A stretch of DNA of 63,499 bases, the filler included, from Ministeria vibrans ATCC 50519 (lineage: Eukaryota > Protista > Filasterea), in NCBI GenBank assembly GCA_943704425.1. It is 6 parts of 6 records of this genome, joined end to end, with 100 filler letters (N's around TTAATTAATTAA, not from the genome) between each part and the next. Parts side by side here need not be neighbours in the genome. Positions count along the whole stretch, not along the records: positions 20,450 to 42,813 come from CALSCP010001980.1; positions 42,914 to 46,884 come from CALSCP010002397.1; positions 46,985 to 49,246 come from CALSCP010000817.1; 3 more parts are not named here. The stretch is one strand, 5' to 3'. Numbering within the stretch: the stretch's first letter is position 1; every line of letters starts with the position of its first letter. Shown piece by piece: positions 36,201-48,551 of this stretch. The notes beneath the pieces are model-generated. The model ran no database searches, was not told the origin of the DNA, and saw nothing but the letters and a program-made list of their open reading frames with translations. The translations under genes and the position numbers were made by a program.

Positions 36201-39200
36201 GTAACAGTGGTGCGCGCGCGTGCGGTTGCAGCTCTTGCGGCCATTCGCGAGTCGTCACTGATTGGACCGGAGGATGCGAATGCACGGGAGCGTATTGTCA
36301 CGTTGCGTGATCTCAAGCAGCGCCTATGCACCGAAATGAACGTGTACCTGCGCGCCTTTTGTCGCCATGTCGATGCACATCGTGAGCTGTGGGCCCAAGT
36401 GCCTTCTGCCGAACCGGAACGTGGCGATTTTTTTGCTCTTTTTTGCGACCTGGCGCGTCTTTTCAAATTGCGCGTTGGCGACCGTCTGGCGCCTAGTCTG
36501 CGCGACGCCATCAAACGTCTTTTGCCGGCGTACATGCGTGAGTTCCGCAAGTACCGCATTGGACGACTGGTAAGTCACTCGACGTCAGCGAGCGAGGAAG
36601 AGATTGAGATGGAGGCGCTGCGCATGGTGCGGCTCGGTGCCACGGACGATACCCTGTCACCGCCCAGCGCGACGCCTCAGTCGACGCCTCTGCGTCCCAA
36701 GGCCTTTGTGCGCCTGCGACCGACCTTGTCATTGACACCCATGGGCGATGCCCAATTTGCGGCAGGTCGAACTCGCCGCACTTCGACAGTGCCTGTCATC
36801 AATCTGTCGGGCGACGACGAGACGAGGACCCCCTTGCTCTCATCTGCTGCTGACATTGATGCGAGCAGCAGTGGCGTGTCACCGATCTCTTCCAAGTCGG
36901 GTGGTGATCCGACGGCGTCGGCACGGTTTTCCTCGTCGGGTGGTGCGGGCTCTTCCGGTGGTGACAGTGTGGACACGAGTGCTGATGCTAGCTCAGGTGG
37001 AGGAAGCGGTAGTGGTGGTGGTGGTGGTGATGGTGATGGTGGACGATTCAGCCTGTTGCGCGGCTTCCGTCGCTGGCTGAGCTGGCCACGCAAGACAGAT
37101 ACGAGCAACAGTGCGTTGGAGCAGGCGATTCAGATGGAGAGCGATGCGACTGAGAAACTTGTGCTTCTCGTGAGTGTGTTGCGCCGTTTGCAGGAGAGTA
37201 CGACGAGCAGCACGAGTGTATGGGGTCGCTCGCGACTGCGCTGGCACCATCTGCACCGCTTTGGACGCATCAGTGTGATGTTGCGTCGCCATGCGATGCT
37301 GCTCAATGTGAATTTGGTGGAGCAGAACAAGAGCCATGTGATTATGAACGAGCTTACAAAAATGTACGCGCAGCTGTACTTAGCCCCGCTGGAGGCACAC
37401 GGCCGTGAGAGTCTCATGGAGGACTTGCGCTATCTGGCAGATGAAGGACCGCAGGAGCGAAGCAAGTTGATGCAGTTGACGGGCACGGCCGAGTCGACGA
37501 CGCTCGACGAGCTGTGTGCGCCCGATCGTGTGCGTCTGCAGACACTGGTACAGACCTTTTTGCGCGGGCCCCTCTCAGACGCGGCGACCTTTGACCGACA
37601 GCTGTACATCAAGTTGGTGGCGGTGTTGCGCGAGTCGTGTGACTCGATTGAGATTCACGATGCCGAGGAGGACGACGCGGACGGGGGCGATGTGTTGCCG
37701 AGTGCTTCGGCGCGCAAGGACAACACCGAGGAGGAGCGCTTGAAGCAACAGCTTGTGTCGCGACAGGAGCATCTTAAGGACCGGTGTGTGCCCGAGGCGA
37801 TCATTTCCCTGATTTCTCTCAGTCGAGGACAGCCCAGTGCCGTGTTGCACCAGACGCTCAAGTTTGGCATTTCGCTGCTGCGTGGCGGCAATGCGTCGGT
37901 GCAGGAGGCGATGCTGAGCGACCTGACGCGACGACGCGACGTGGCCTTTTTTGCGGCACTGACGGATCTGGTGAACCGTTGTCCAGTGCTTGACTACGAG
38001 AAGTGGACGCGGCAGCAGCATGCGGCGCGTCTGAACATGCGCGTGGACGAGACAGAGCGGTCGGTGGTGGAGACGTCGGCGTTTGCGAAGGACATTTTCC
38101 GTTTTTTGCAGCTACTGTGTGAAGGACACAACCGGCAGTTTCAAGACTACTTGCGCACGCAGCCGGGCAACACCAAGACGTACAACATAGTGGTGAGCAC
38201 CGTTGACTACCTGCTGCGACTGCAAGAGAAGTTCTCCGATGTGTTCTGGTTTCATCAGTCGCGTGGCGGTGCGCGTCTCAGCTTTGACGACGACGTGGCG
38301 AAGATTCTGGGCGAGACTATCGACGTGGCGATTGGGGTGTTGCGTACGCTGACGGAGTACATTCAGGGTCCGTGTCTGAACAACCAGTTGGCTCTGGCGG
38401 GCTCGCGTTTGTGGGACGCGGTCAATGGCTACCTGGTGATCATTGCGGACATGCAGCGGCCCATCTTCCATGACCGAGGCACGGTGCATCTGCGTCTGCT
38501 TAAGAAGGTGTGTAAGCTGCAGTCGTGCATGGTGACCATGTTGACGTCCATGCTGGAGGGCAAGAGTGCGCGGGTGATTGCGCGACGCATGACCGAGGCG
38601 TTGTCGGACTGTAGTGCAGCTGTTCTTGCGTCGCTGACCTTTTGCCAGACGCACATTCTGATGGCGCAGGTGGACAAGCAGGGTCTCTTTGAGGTGCTCG
38701 ACCGCAACGGTGACGGTTTGCTTGCGTGGAATCTGTTTGTGCAGGTGCTCGAGGAGAATGTGGTGCTGGACGAGTCGGTGTTGACCAAGTTTGAGCAGCG
38801 CAGCACGCAGTTCCGCGGTGTGCAGGTACCCTACCAGTTTTTGGCGCACAGCTTTGAAGGGGAGGTTGCCGACATTGGCTTTCAGCTGCTGGTGCTCTTT
38901 GAGAATCTGGCGGACATTGACGGTACGGATGTGCGTCTGTCGGCGTTGCGACAGACGGCCGCGTACGATGCACTCAGCTCGCACTTTGGGCGCAATTTGG
39001 GTCGCATTGAGATTGTGCGTGAGACGGGAGTCCCTGAGCGGATTTACTTCAAGATTGAGACAGCGTGGCGCGAGCAGTTCGATCAGCCGCAGCTGTTGGA
39101 GACGAAGCGACTCTTTTTGCAGGACATGATGGCGGCACAGAAGCTCAAGTTTCATGTGTTTGTGAGCTACTGCACCGACGCCATTTACGAGATGCAGTAC

Positions 39201-42200
39201 TCGCAGATGGTGTTTGGCGTGGACGATGGTCGTGACGGTGGCGACGACGACAGTAGCGATGTTGCCGCCGAGGGACTTTCTGCGGCGGTGTCTCGCGGAG
39301 GCAACGCATCGCTGTTGCTGGGCGGTCTTCGTGGTGTCGACGACAGTTTTGCGGGGCCAGGCGGTCGCTTTCTTGGCTCGGACGCCTCTGTGCGTCTCGC
39401 CGACATTATACAGTCGGCACGCGCGAGCCTCGCCGTGTGGCTACCGTGGTTTACGCCAGCGTTGAATGGGGCGGAGATGGGTGCCTCGTCGTCATCTGCA
39501 TCGTCGCCGTTGTCGTCGTCAACGGCGACGGCAGCGGTGCCTTCAGGGTTGTCAGTTGGTGTGTCGACGAGTGTGACTGGGCCCTCTTCTTCGGCTGCTG
39601 CCGCCATTCTCAGTCGCAGCAGCGTTGGTCCTCATATGCGACGGGGCACGGGCGACTCGATCAAGGGAGTCCAGCGTGTGCCATCGTCACTTCTTGCGCG
39701 AGGTCTCGAGAAGGAAGTGGAGCGATCACGCTCGTCCGCCCCGGGTGCTTCGGGTGGTTCTGGTTCGTCGTCGGCATCGTCATCATTGTCGCCCACGCCC
39801 TCTGGCTCACCATCTCCACTGTCGCATCAGCAACGACCGTCGATGCCCCGAAGCAGCGCTGCGACATTGACGACGCGTTCGTCGTCGAAGACGTCGCTGT
39901 TGGCACAGGCACTGTTGTCGGGACGCGATCGACAGGGACGCTCGCGGTCGTCGCTTCCACTGCCGTCGGCGTTGGCGGGCGCAAGTGGGCTTGAGGAGGT
40001 TCCCGAGGCGAAAGGGACGACTGAGCACGGAGAAGACGATGATGGTGGTGAGGAGGAGGGGGACGACGACGAGAAGAAACGGTTGCGGAGGGAGGAGAAG
40101 GTGTCGTTGTTGTTGAGGAAGGGCGGTCAGGACACTGGCGGTCAGGTGAAGAAGCCCGTTGGGTTGTGGAAGAGCCTGATGGATGTGTCGTTTGGACCGA
40201 CCATTCAAGTGTTGACGGTGCTGCTGTTATTTGTGTATTTGCTGTTGCGTGTGCCTGTGCGACTTGTGGTGACGCTTGTGAGGCGCATTGGTGCGTTTGT
40301 GCTCCGTGGCACGAACCAGAAGACGTTCCGATTGCAGCTTGTGTCGACTCTGGCGCGAATTTACGGTCGTGCTGGGGTGGTCGCTATTGCATGTTCGGTG
40401 CTGATCAACTTTGCGCTGTTGCAATTTACGGTGGAGGGAGTTGAGGGACTGGGGACGCTCGAGGCGGGCGGAGGGCACATGGTGGTGGCGCAGCGGACCG
40501 TGTGGGGCAAGTTGTGCGCGTTTCTTTTGGTGGTACTGCCGCCAGTGCATTTGATTGCGAGTGTGCTCATGCTCCTTGGTTTCTGTGCGCTCAAGGTGCC
40601 TGTGATTGTGTTTCGGCGCGAGAAGGAGATTGTGGAGCAACTTGAGGGAGGCAAGTGGATTGAGACGCGTCGGCCTGCTTCGTGGCTCGAGGCGCCCTTT
40701 TTCTACTTGGACCGTGCTGTGCTGCGATCGCGCTCGTTTCCCAAGGTCTACTACGACAAGTTGTGCAAGCGACGAGTGTTGCGCAAGTACGAAGGGCGCA
40801 CTGGCGACAACCGTCTGGTGGCTAAGCAGCTGCTGAGTGAGTCAATCATGCCACTCCAGGCCCATCGCAATGGGAGCGTCGTGCCGGAGCAACAACGACC
40901 ACTGGGGGCGCTGGGCACGGCCATGGCGACCATTGGTGAGCTGTGGGCTGTCGTGGATGGCTTTGTGCGTGGTGAAGGCTCCCGTGCGGGAGCCAATACT
41001 CTGTCACGCGATGGGAATGCGTCGAATCACAGTAGCTCGGCGGATCTGTCGGCGGCGGCTGCTGCTGCCGCTGCTACGGCTGCCGCTGCTGCTGTCGCCG
41101 CCGCCACCGCTGCCGCCGCCGCTGCAGCTGCTGCTGGCGGGGGTGTTGGATCGACGAGCTCACCGAGCAGCAGTCGACGGGGCTCGATGATCCCAGTGAG
41201 CAAGAGTGGATCCAGATCGAGTTTGGGCCTAGTCCCACCAAGTGTTGCAGCCGCTGGTAGTAGTAGTAGTGGTGGTGGTGGTGGTGGCGTGGGTGGAGTC
41301 GTAATCAGCGGAGGCATTGACGGTCATCATGGAGGCGATGGAGGTGGGGTGGGCGGTGGAACGTTGTCAGGTGCGACTGGTGCTGTTGGTGCTTCGACTA
41401 CAACGGGTGGTGGTAGTGGTGGTGTGGGAATGGCCGGTGGCAGTGGTGTGGCTGGAGATGTGTTTGCTGGGGAAGGGGGTGGTGTGCAGCGTGGGGACAT
41501 GCTGACGACACTGGGTCTGATGGAGGAGTACCAGCAGTTGCTGGATGAGCGACGGAAGATGCCGGTGAGCGTGTACGGGCGTGCGACGGCCATGTTGCAG
41601 TGGGTGATGGGCATTGACTGGACGTATGTGTTGTGGTGGCTGTGCACGGCCGTCACGAGCGACTCCTTTTTGTACAATTCGCTGTACGTGATTGTTTCTG
41701 TGTTGGGCTGCTACCAGCCCTTTTTCTTCTGTGCACATCTGCTTGACGTTGCCTACCGCAACAAGACGCTGCAGAATGTGCTGCGGTCTGTAACGGTAAA
41801 TGGGTACCAGCTGCTGCTGACGATGATCCTGATGGCGATTGTGGTGTACCTCTACACGGTGGTTGCGTTTAACTTCTTCCGGCCGTCGTACAACATCTGT
41901 GACAACCCGTGCGAGACGGAGGAGACATGTACACAGGTGGAGCACAAGTGCCACAGCATGCTGTCGTGCTTTCTGTTCCACTTGAGCGTGGGTCTGCGCC
42001 AGGGAGGTGGCATTGGCGACGTTTTGAAGGAGATGGGCGAGGAGAACCCTAAGCACCCCTTCCGCCTCATTTTCGACGTGACTTTCTTCCTCTTTGTCAT
42101 TGTCGTGCTGCTGGCCATTGTCCAGGGTATCATCATTGACTCCTTTGGCGAGCTGCGTGACACCCACAACAAGGTTATGGTGGAGCTTGACAGCAACTGC

Positions 42201-42643
42201 ATCGTTTGCGGCGCGTCTCGCGAGGCTCTCGACAAGAGTCCTCATGGCTTTGAGCGCCACATTATACAGGAGCACAACATTTGGAGCTACCTCTACTTCT
42301 TTATGCATTTGCGGTTCAAGCCCGAGACGGAATTTACCGGACAAGAGTCGTTTGTGCACAACCAGCTGATGCAGCGGTGCTATGACTTTTTCCCGGTGGG
42401 GCGCATGGCCGAGTCAGATGCAAACGAGATGGGTGCAGGAGGAGTGAGAGGAGGGAGGGGGACGGGTGGCGACGGTACGACGACCAACACGAGTGGTGGT
42501 GGTGGAGTGCCGAGTGTTGCGACGTACGCGTCGTCGTCGCCGGCGTCCGCTGCTGCCAGGGTATCGGCTGCCGCAGGAGTCTCGACGACGGGCCGTGTGA
42601 CACCGGTGAGTCAGCGCAATCTGGCGCTGCACGATCAGCAGAT

Positions 42644-42680
<37 letters not shown>

Positions 42681-42755
42681 CACGTGGGCAGTGGCGATCA
42701 TCATCATCATAAGTACGATCGCCTCTCGTCCATCTCGTCTGGTGTACTCTTCTAG
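21213..42755 (+). CDS. RYR: Ryanodine receptor Ca2+-release channel, ~6,939 aa; exons 21213-21290, 21615-21860, 21940-22174, 22230-22338, 22440-25908, 26073-42755
   Basis: N-terminal SFLRTG|[22 protein letters not shown], three SPRY domains, four RyR repeats (AEN.HE.W), [30 protein letters not shown]-hand-like [19 protein letters not shown], pore [24 protein letters not shown]-terminal C2H2 and ETEFTGQES. Exon phases are mutually consistent. Confidence 0.96.
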
Positions 42756-42813
42756 AATACTTTTTTTTTGGGGGGGGGCGGTGTTACGCTGAGAGATGTA
42801 TGTTATTTTGGGT

Positions 42814-42913
42814 NNNNNNNNNNNNNNNNNNNNNNNNNNNNNNNNNNNNNNNNNNNNTTAATTAATTAANNNNNNNNNNNNNNNNNNNNNNNNNNNNNNN
42901 NNNNNNNNNNNNN
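42814..42913. other. Artificial contig spacer
   Basis: N44-TTAATTAATTAA-N44. Confidence 0.98.
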
Positions 42914-43177
42914 CCCCGCCCGCCACAGGCCAGCGACACAGAACCTTTCCGTCCGCGCCCAACGAGAAATATTAATCGAGATCGGATCGTGGCGGATCGA
43001 CGCGGTATCGTTCGCCCTCGTACGACATCATCAGCTCCATGTTAGAGGCGTACGCCAGACCGGCCGCCACCGCGACACGGTCCCACGGTTCGCTCATGCA
43101 AATACACTGTAAAATTGAAATCAATCAAAGTTAATCATTTGAATTTTGAACTTTGACTCACACTCAATTTCTTCACA

Positions 43178-46025
43178 ATGGGCGACCAAGAGATCTCGAT
43201 GTCGATCGAGGAAACCAATCGGGTTCGCGCCGAGCTAGGGCTGAAACCGCTGGTCGTGACCGAGGACGACGTCAGGGCCAGTGGTGGTGCCGTTCGCGTT
43301 TCCAGCGCCACTCCCGACGACGCCTCAGCGGCTGCCGCACCTGTCGTGTCCGATGCCAAGGCCGAACATGAGCGCTGGCGTGCCGAGAAGGAAGAGCGCG
43401 ATGCACGAGCGTCGTCAAAAGCGGTAAAACGACGTTTTTTTTTTTTCTTTTTCGCTCTCTCTGTCTCTTTTGAGATCTCGTCGCTCTTTCTCCTATGTGT
43501 GTCTTCCCTCTGCTGTCGCGACTTGCGCTGACTTTGTTCTTGTTCGGCCGTTCCTGCCCCTTGATTCCTCACAGCACTCTGATTTTTGTGTCTGTAGACA
43601 TTGGCGAAAATCGCTGAGAGTCGCGAGCAACGTCGTCTGCAGCAGAAACTGCGTCTTGTCAAGACGTTGGGCGAGTCCGACGACGAAGACGACAGCGCCG
43701 CTGCATGGGTGGCACGTGCGCGCAGCGACAAGTCGAAAGACGCCGCCAGAGCCGAGGCAGCCAAGAAGGAGCGCGAACTGGAGGAGCTAGACGCAGAGAC
43801 GCTCGATGGACGCCCCTCCAACAATGGTGTGTACACCAGCGACGATCTACAGAGCCTAAACGTCGAACATGACATTCGCGACATTGAGGAGGGTGATAAT
43901 GTCGTTTTGACCCTCAAAGATCGTGGAGTGCTCGACAACAGTGACAACGAAGAGGGTCAGACGAAACCCCATTTACTATTCTAGTATTGAGACTCCTTTC
44001 ATTGTCGCGCAGATACTCTTGAGAATATTCATCTGCGAGAAAAAGAATCTATTCGGAAAAACATGCTTGCCAAGTCACGTCACCAAGGTCAGTCGGAAGA
44101 CAGAGAGAGAGACGTAGAGACAGCATTTAACACTAACAACCATCTCTCTTTCTCTCTCTCTCTCCTTATTTAGGGTACACTGGGTACGATGATGATGAGT
44201 TTGATGAGTATGGACGTGCCAAGGTCGGTGCTCAATCAATGCTGCGTCAATACGATGAGGTACACAAGAAGAAATTAATGGCGTCACAGCTCTCTTCTCT
44301 CTTTTCTGTCTCTCTCTTACACACACTCAATCGTTCATTATTTATTAGGTGATTTATGGAGATGAGAAGCGCAAGTTCCAAATTGGCAAGGCGAAGGAAG
44401 CAACGGAGGAGTCGAAGGTGGAGGACAGCGAACGAGAGCGGATTCGATCAATGTTGAGTGAGGGGAACAGTCGGGCGATTGAGGCAAAGGCGGTGCAGAG
44501 TGACTATTTCACACCGGAGGAAATGCTCAAAGTGGAGTTTAAGAAGAAGAAGAAGAAGGACAAGAAGAAGGGAAAGAAGGGACGGGTAGCAGAGGAGGAG
44601 GAAGGAGGAGGGGGAGTAGTGCGAGCGGATGATCTGATTGCAATGGAAGAGACGGACGAGCCGATGGGGGACAGTGGGGAGCTGAGTGAGAGCGAACGGG
44701 CCAAAGTGCGTGCGAGCAATGTTGTAGATGAGAGTGCGATCTATGGAATGGCGGATATGAGTGATAACTACGAAGAGAGTACGATTGAACGGGAGTTGCG
44801 GGTGAGTTTGGAGCGAGTGCGCGCAATGAAGAAGGCAAAGCAGCTGAGAGAAGAGGAAGAACAGCTGAAGGAGATTGCACTGATTGCGACGGAGCAGAGG
44901 GAACAGGAGGAGCGCGCGAAGGAGATTGCGCGGAAGGAGAAGGAGGAGCGGGAGGAGGCGGGGGAAGAGAGTGAGACGGACGATCAGTTGGTGTTTAGCA
45001 GCACGACTGAGTTTGTGCGGATCATTGGAAAGGAAGATGAGAGTGCGGGAGACACAAGAGTGCGAGAGGAACAACCAAAGTACAGTAGTAGCCGAAAGCA
45101 GATGGAGACTGAGGAGGAGGGAGATGCATCGGACGGACAGACTGAGATGGACTGTGGACCCGACGAGCGGAGCGGACAGTCGTCTGGCGCACGTGAAGAG
45201 TTTCAATTGGACGAACAGCCAATGGCCAAAACGGGTTTAGCCGCAGGTTAGAAAAGATATATTTTGACGAAAAGATATTTTGACCGACGGTGTGTCTGTG
45301 ATAATATTATTTTTGTTAATAATCACAATTTTTGTTTCAGTCCTTCAATTGGCTCAACAGCGCAAACTGATTGCGAGTGAAACGGGACAAAAGACGGCAA
45401 AACAAGTTGTCAACTCTGTGAATATCAGACCGCGAAACGACGAAAAACGACTGAACGACTTTGAGATTAGTTACACGGACGAAAAGGGACGAGAACTCAC
45501 TCAGAAACAGGTTAGACGTTTCTAAACCCCATTCCCAAAGGCGGACTAAAGTACGTGTGTGTGTGTGTGCGTGTGTGTCGGTTTAGGCGTATGTGCAATT
45601 ATCGCACCATTTTCACGGAAAAGGACCGGGTCGGATTAAGAAGGAGAAATTGCTCAAGCGGGAACAGGAAGAAAAGGTAAAAACAGATTGACTGTGAGTG
45701 ATTGAATGATGATGATTCTGATTGATTGTGAATGGCTTAGGAGCGACAAATGGCACAAAGTTCGCTGAACCGACTTGAGAGTGTTCAGAGCAAACAGAAA
45801 GCAGAAGGAACAGCACATTTGGTAGTCCGAACGGGAGCACGAAACAGAGAAGTCCCAACGTAAAAAGAAAAAGCATACAAACACAACACACACTATAATT
45901 ATGGTCACTTTTTGCGTCTTCTTAATTGTGTTTTTGTGTGTAGAATGGAAGTGGAGAAGAAAGCAGTGAAGCGAAAGGGAACGAATGATAAGGGAGGAGA
46001 CAAAAAGAAGAAGAAGAAGGAGTAA
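43178..46025 (+). CDS. SART1: U4/U6.U5 tri-snRNP protein SART1/Snu66, multi-exon
   Basis: HIND motif SMSIEETNRVRAELGLKPL, VVLTLKDRGVLD, SDYFTPEEM, ISYTDEKGRELTQKQ|AYVQLSHHFHGKGPG. Stop TAA 46023-46025. Confidence 0.93.
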
Positions 46026-46290
46026 AGAAAAGTTGTTTCCTTTCCATTATTAATAATAATTTACAATGAATTCATCGATGATAATGATGATCCGCCGTGA
46101 GTGCATTAAGACTTCAGAGTGACAATTCTTCTACGATTTGGCAAGCTATAAACCGTCTCGTCTCAGTCGTCTATGCCACACTGCTTCTGAGCAACAAAAA
46201 AAATAAGATTTTTATGAAGTGACAAACTCAAAATAATAAGAAACATCGAATAAAACCATAAAAATAATTATGTTTTTTCCTATGTTTCGA

Positions 46291-46776
46291 ATGATTCGTC
46301 TGCTCTCTGTGATCGCAACTCTGTTGGCGTTGCTTGTCGCTGCGTGGGCAACTGAAATTCATCCACTGTGGCATCCCAACGACGGCCACTATCCCTGCTA
46401 CAGGTACACCAACGATACGAAGAGAGATCGAGCGAAAATGCCACTGACAGAAATGACACTGTTTGTTTAGACAACCGGCAATTCTCGCAACCAATGAGGC
46501 TGCAACACACATTGCCGCGTTTGCTGAGGGGCGCAATGTGACTACGTGTGCGCCTGCCGTGCAGAATGGAGCGCCCAACGAGCTTGGTGGCTTGGTTCTG
46601 CGGCGCTCGCTTGACCAAGGTAACGCACTCCCAAGCTGAGCAGTTCAAACCCGCTCCTGCCACCGCCCGGCGTAGGCTTCACCTGGACGGAGTCGGTGAC
46701 GATCTTCACCGGCGAGATGGACTACTATACGGTGGTCCGCGAGAACGTCTCGTCGACGGTCTTTCTCATGGTGCAG
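46291..46776 (+). CDS. Secreted sialidase/neuraminidase-like (GH33/BNR), 5' part only
   Basis: Exons 46291-46403, 46471-46619 and 46676-46776 give a signal peptide, CYRQPAIL (FRIP-like), AAFAEGR and Asp-box RRSLDQGFTW. Contig ends in (CT)n. Confidence 0.78.
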
Positions 46777-46828
46777 GTGCGCTTGCACCTCTCTTGCTCG
46801 CCTCTCCGCTCACACACACACACACACA

Positions 46829-46884
<56 letters not shown>

Positions 46885-46984
46885 NNNNNNNNNNNNNNNN
46901 NNNNNNNNNNNNNNNNNNNNNNNNNNNNTTAATTAATTAANNNNNNNNNNNNNNNNNNNNNNNNNNNNNNNNNNNNNNNNNNNN
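46885..46984. other. Artificial contig spacer
   Basis: N44-TTAATTAATTAA-N44. Confidence 0.98.
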
Positions 46985-47099
46985 AGAGAGAGAGAGAGAG
47001 AGAGAAAAAAAAAAAAAGAAAGAAACAAACAAAGTGATACAGTGGAGAGAAACGTACAAGTATGAGTGGAAGGTAAGAAAGGGTGTTTCTGGGTCTGAC

Positions 47100-48551
47100 C
47101 TGCATCAACGGTCGGTAGACCAAAGTGTGCGCGCATAAGGAACTCCTTTCCGCCCGGAAACTGTTTGATGGTCCAGATGATGGCGTTTTGCTCAGGGGAG
47201 TATTTCACAGTGCCAACGGTCGTCTTGAATTTGGGCGAATCGGCATCGGACGGAACGGGAATCACGATCTCAACGTTGTTGGCAGTGCTCTTGCGCTTAA
47301 ACTGCGATTTCGCTACAAATAGATAAACAAAGAGAAACGTTAAGGGTTTCGAAAACACTACACAAGAAAATAATATGTTTTAACCTTTGATGAGATATTC
47401 AACTCGCGAGTGAGAGTGACGCTCAATGACACTCTCAATCCAAATAAGCGGTTTCACTTGCGTGTTCAGACGGTACGACATGAGCTCAAACTCTAAGAAA
47501 GAGAAAGAAAGAGAGGAGGGAGAGAGGGGGAATGAAACAAGTGATATAGAGGAGGGAGGGAGAAAGAAACAAAGAGATAGAGAGAGAAACACACAGAGAG
47601 TAGAGAGAAAAAGTGCAAAAATAAAGAGAGAGAGAGAGAGAGAAGGAGCGGGAATGATTGTCAGCCAAAGCAAGTGAAGGGGAGGTTTTCGGTCTGCTTC
47701 TGACCTCCATCGGGTGGAATGAATGAGATAGTGCGGTCGTTCTCGAAACGACTGAGACGCACACACTGATGGAATTTGACGTCCTCCAGCTCAACTGCCT
47801 TGCCCTTCGAGTACGCTACACACACATAATAAACCAAGCAAGTGTCATCGAAAGTGAGTGAGAGAGTGAGTTGTGCGTCGTACAGCGACCAGTTGACTCA
47901 AACAGCACTTTGTCGTTGAGCCCCAAACGCAGTTCGGGCATTCCCGAGAGGAACACGCGCATCTGCACACTGCCCACAATCTCAGACCGCAGAACATTCC
48001 CCTTTGCGCCCGCAAGAAGATTCACCTGTAAAAGCACAAAAATGAGATGACGACAATGTGTGTGTTTGGGGGGAATGTACCTTCTCAATGACGTCAAGGA
48101 AGACCTCGTTCTTCCTGTACTTGACACCCTCGGAGCGCCACGAGACAGCGTTGGTGACGGCCATGGGCGGAGGCGGCGCCTCCTCCAGCTTGTGGCCTTC
48201 TTGCGTGATGTACTCTTGCAAGATTTTGCTCTCCGTCGTCTGTGGGTACCCAAAGTCCATCACCTCGTCCAGCAGCTCGTAGATCAGCACAAAGTTGTCG
48301 CGAATGCTTTCCTCCTCAAGCTCTTTAAAGTACTCTCGGAAAACCTGTGCAATTTGCAAGGCGTAAAAACAAAGACAGCAGCACCCAGTGCGCGAGCTTA
48401 CCAGGAGGAGCTTGTGTAAGTAGACAAAAGCCAGGGCGACATTGGCGTTCTTCCGGGTCACTGCCACGAGGTAAAGGTTGTTGTATTTTGTGTAGAGAAA
48501 GGTGTAGCCTTCGTAGACGACAATGGGCGAGGCAATGCCTTCGTCCTCTTG
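47100..48551 (-). CDS. AP1M1: AP-1 adaptor complex mu subunit, internal exons only
   Basis: YFKELEEESIRDNFVLIYELLDEVMDFGYPQTTESKILQEYITQEGHKL, VSWRSEGVKYRKNEVFLDVIE, LSGMPELRLGLNDK, AKSQFKRKSTANNVEI..PSDADSPKFK..FPGGKEFLMRAHFGLP. Confidence 0.95.

Noticed and set aside
38695-38740. Canonical Ca2+-binding EF-hand in RyR ([12 protein letters not shown])
   Set aside because: Position 12 is Leu rather than Glu/Asp and the partner hand is degenerate; it matches the known RyR EF region, so it is not novel.
42914-43110. GC-rich stretch with a 41-aa minus-strand ORF and an ATGCAAAT octamer upstream of SART1
   Set aside because: At a contig edge, with no convincing splice model or homology; a single octamer is not significant.
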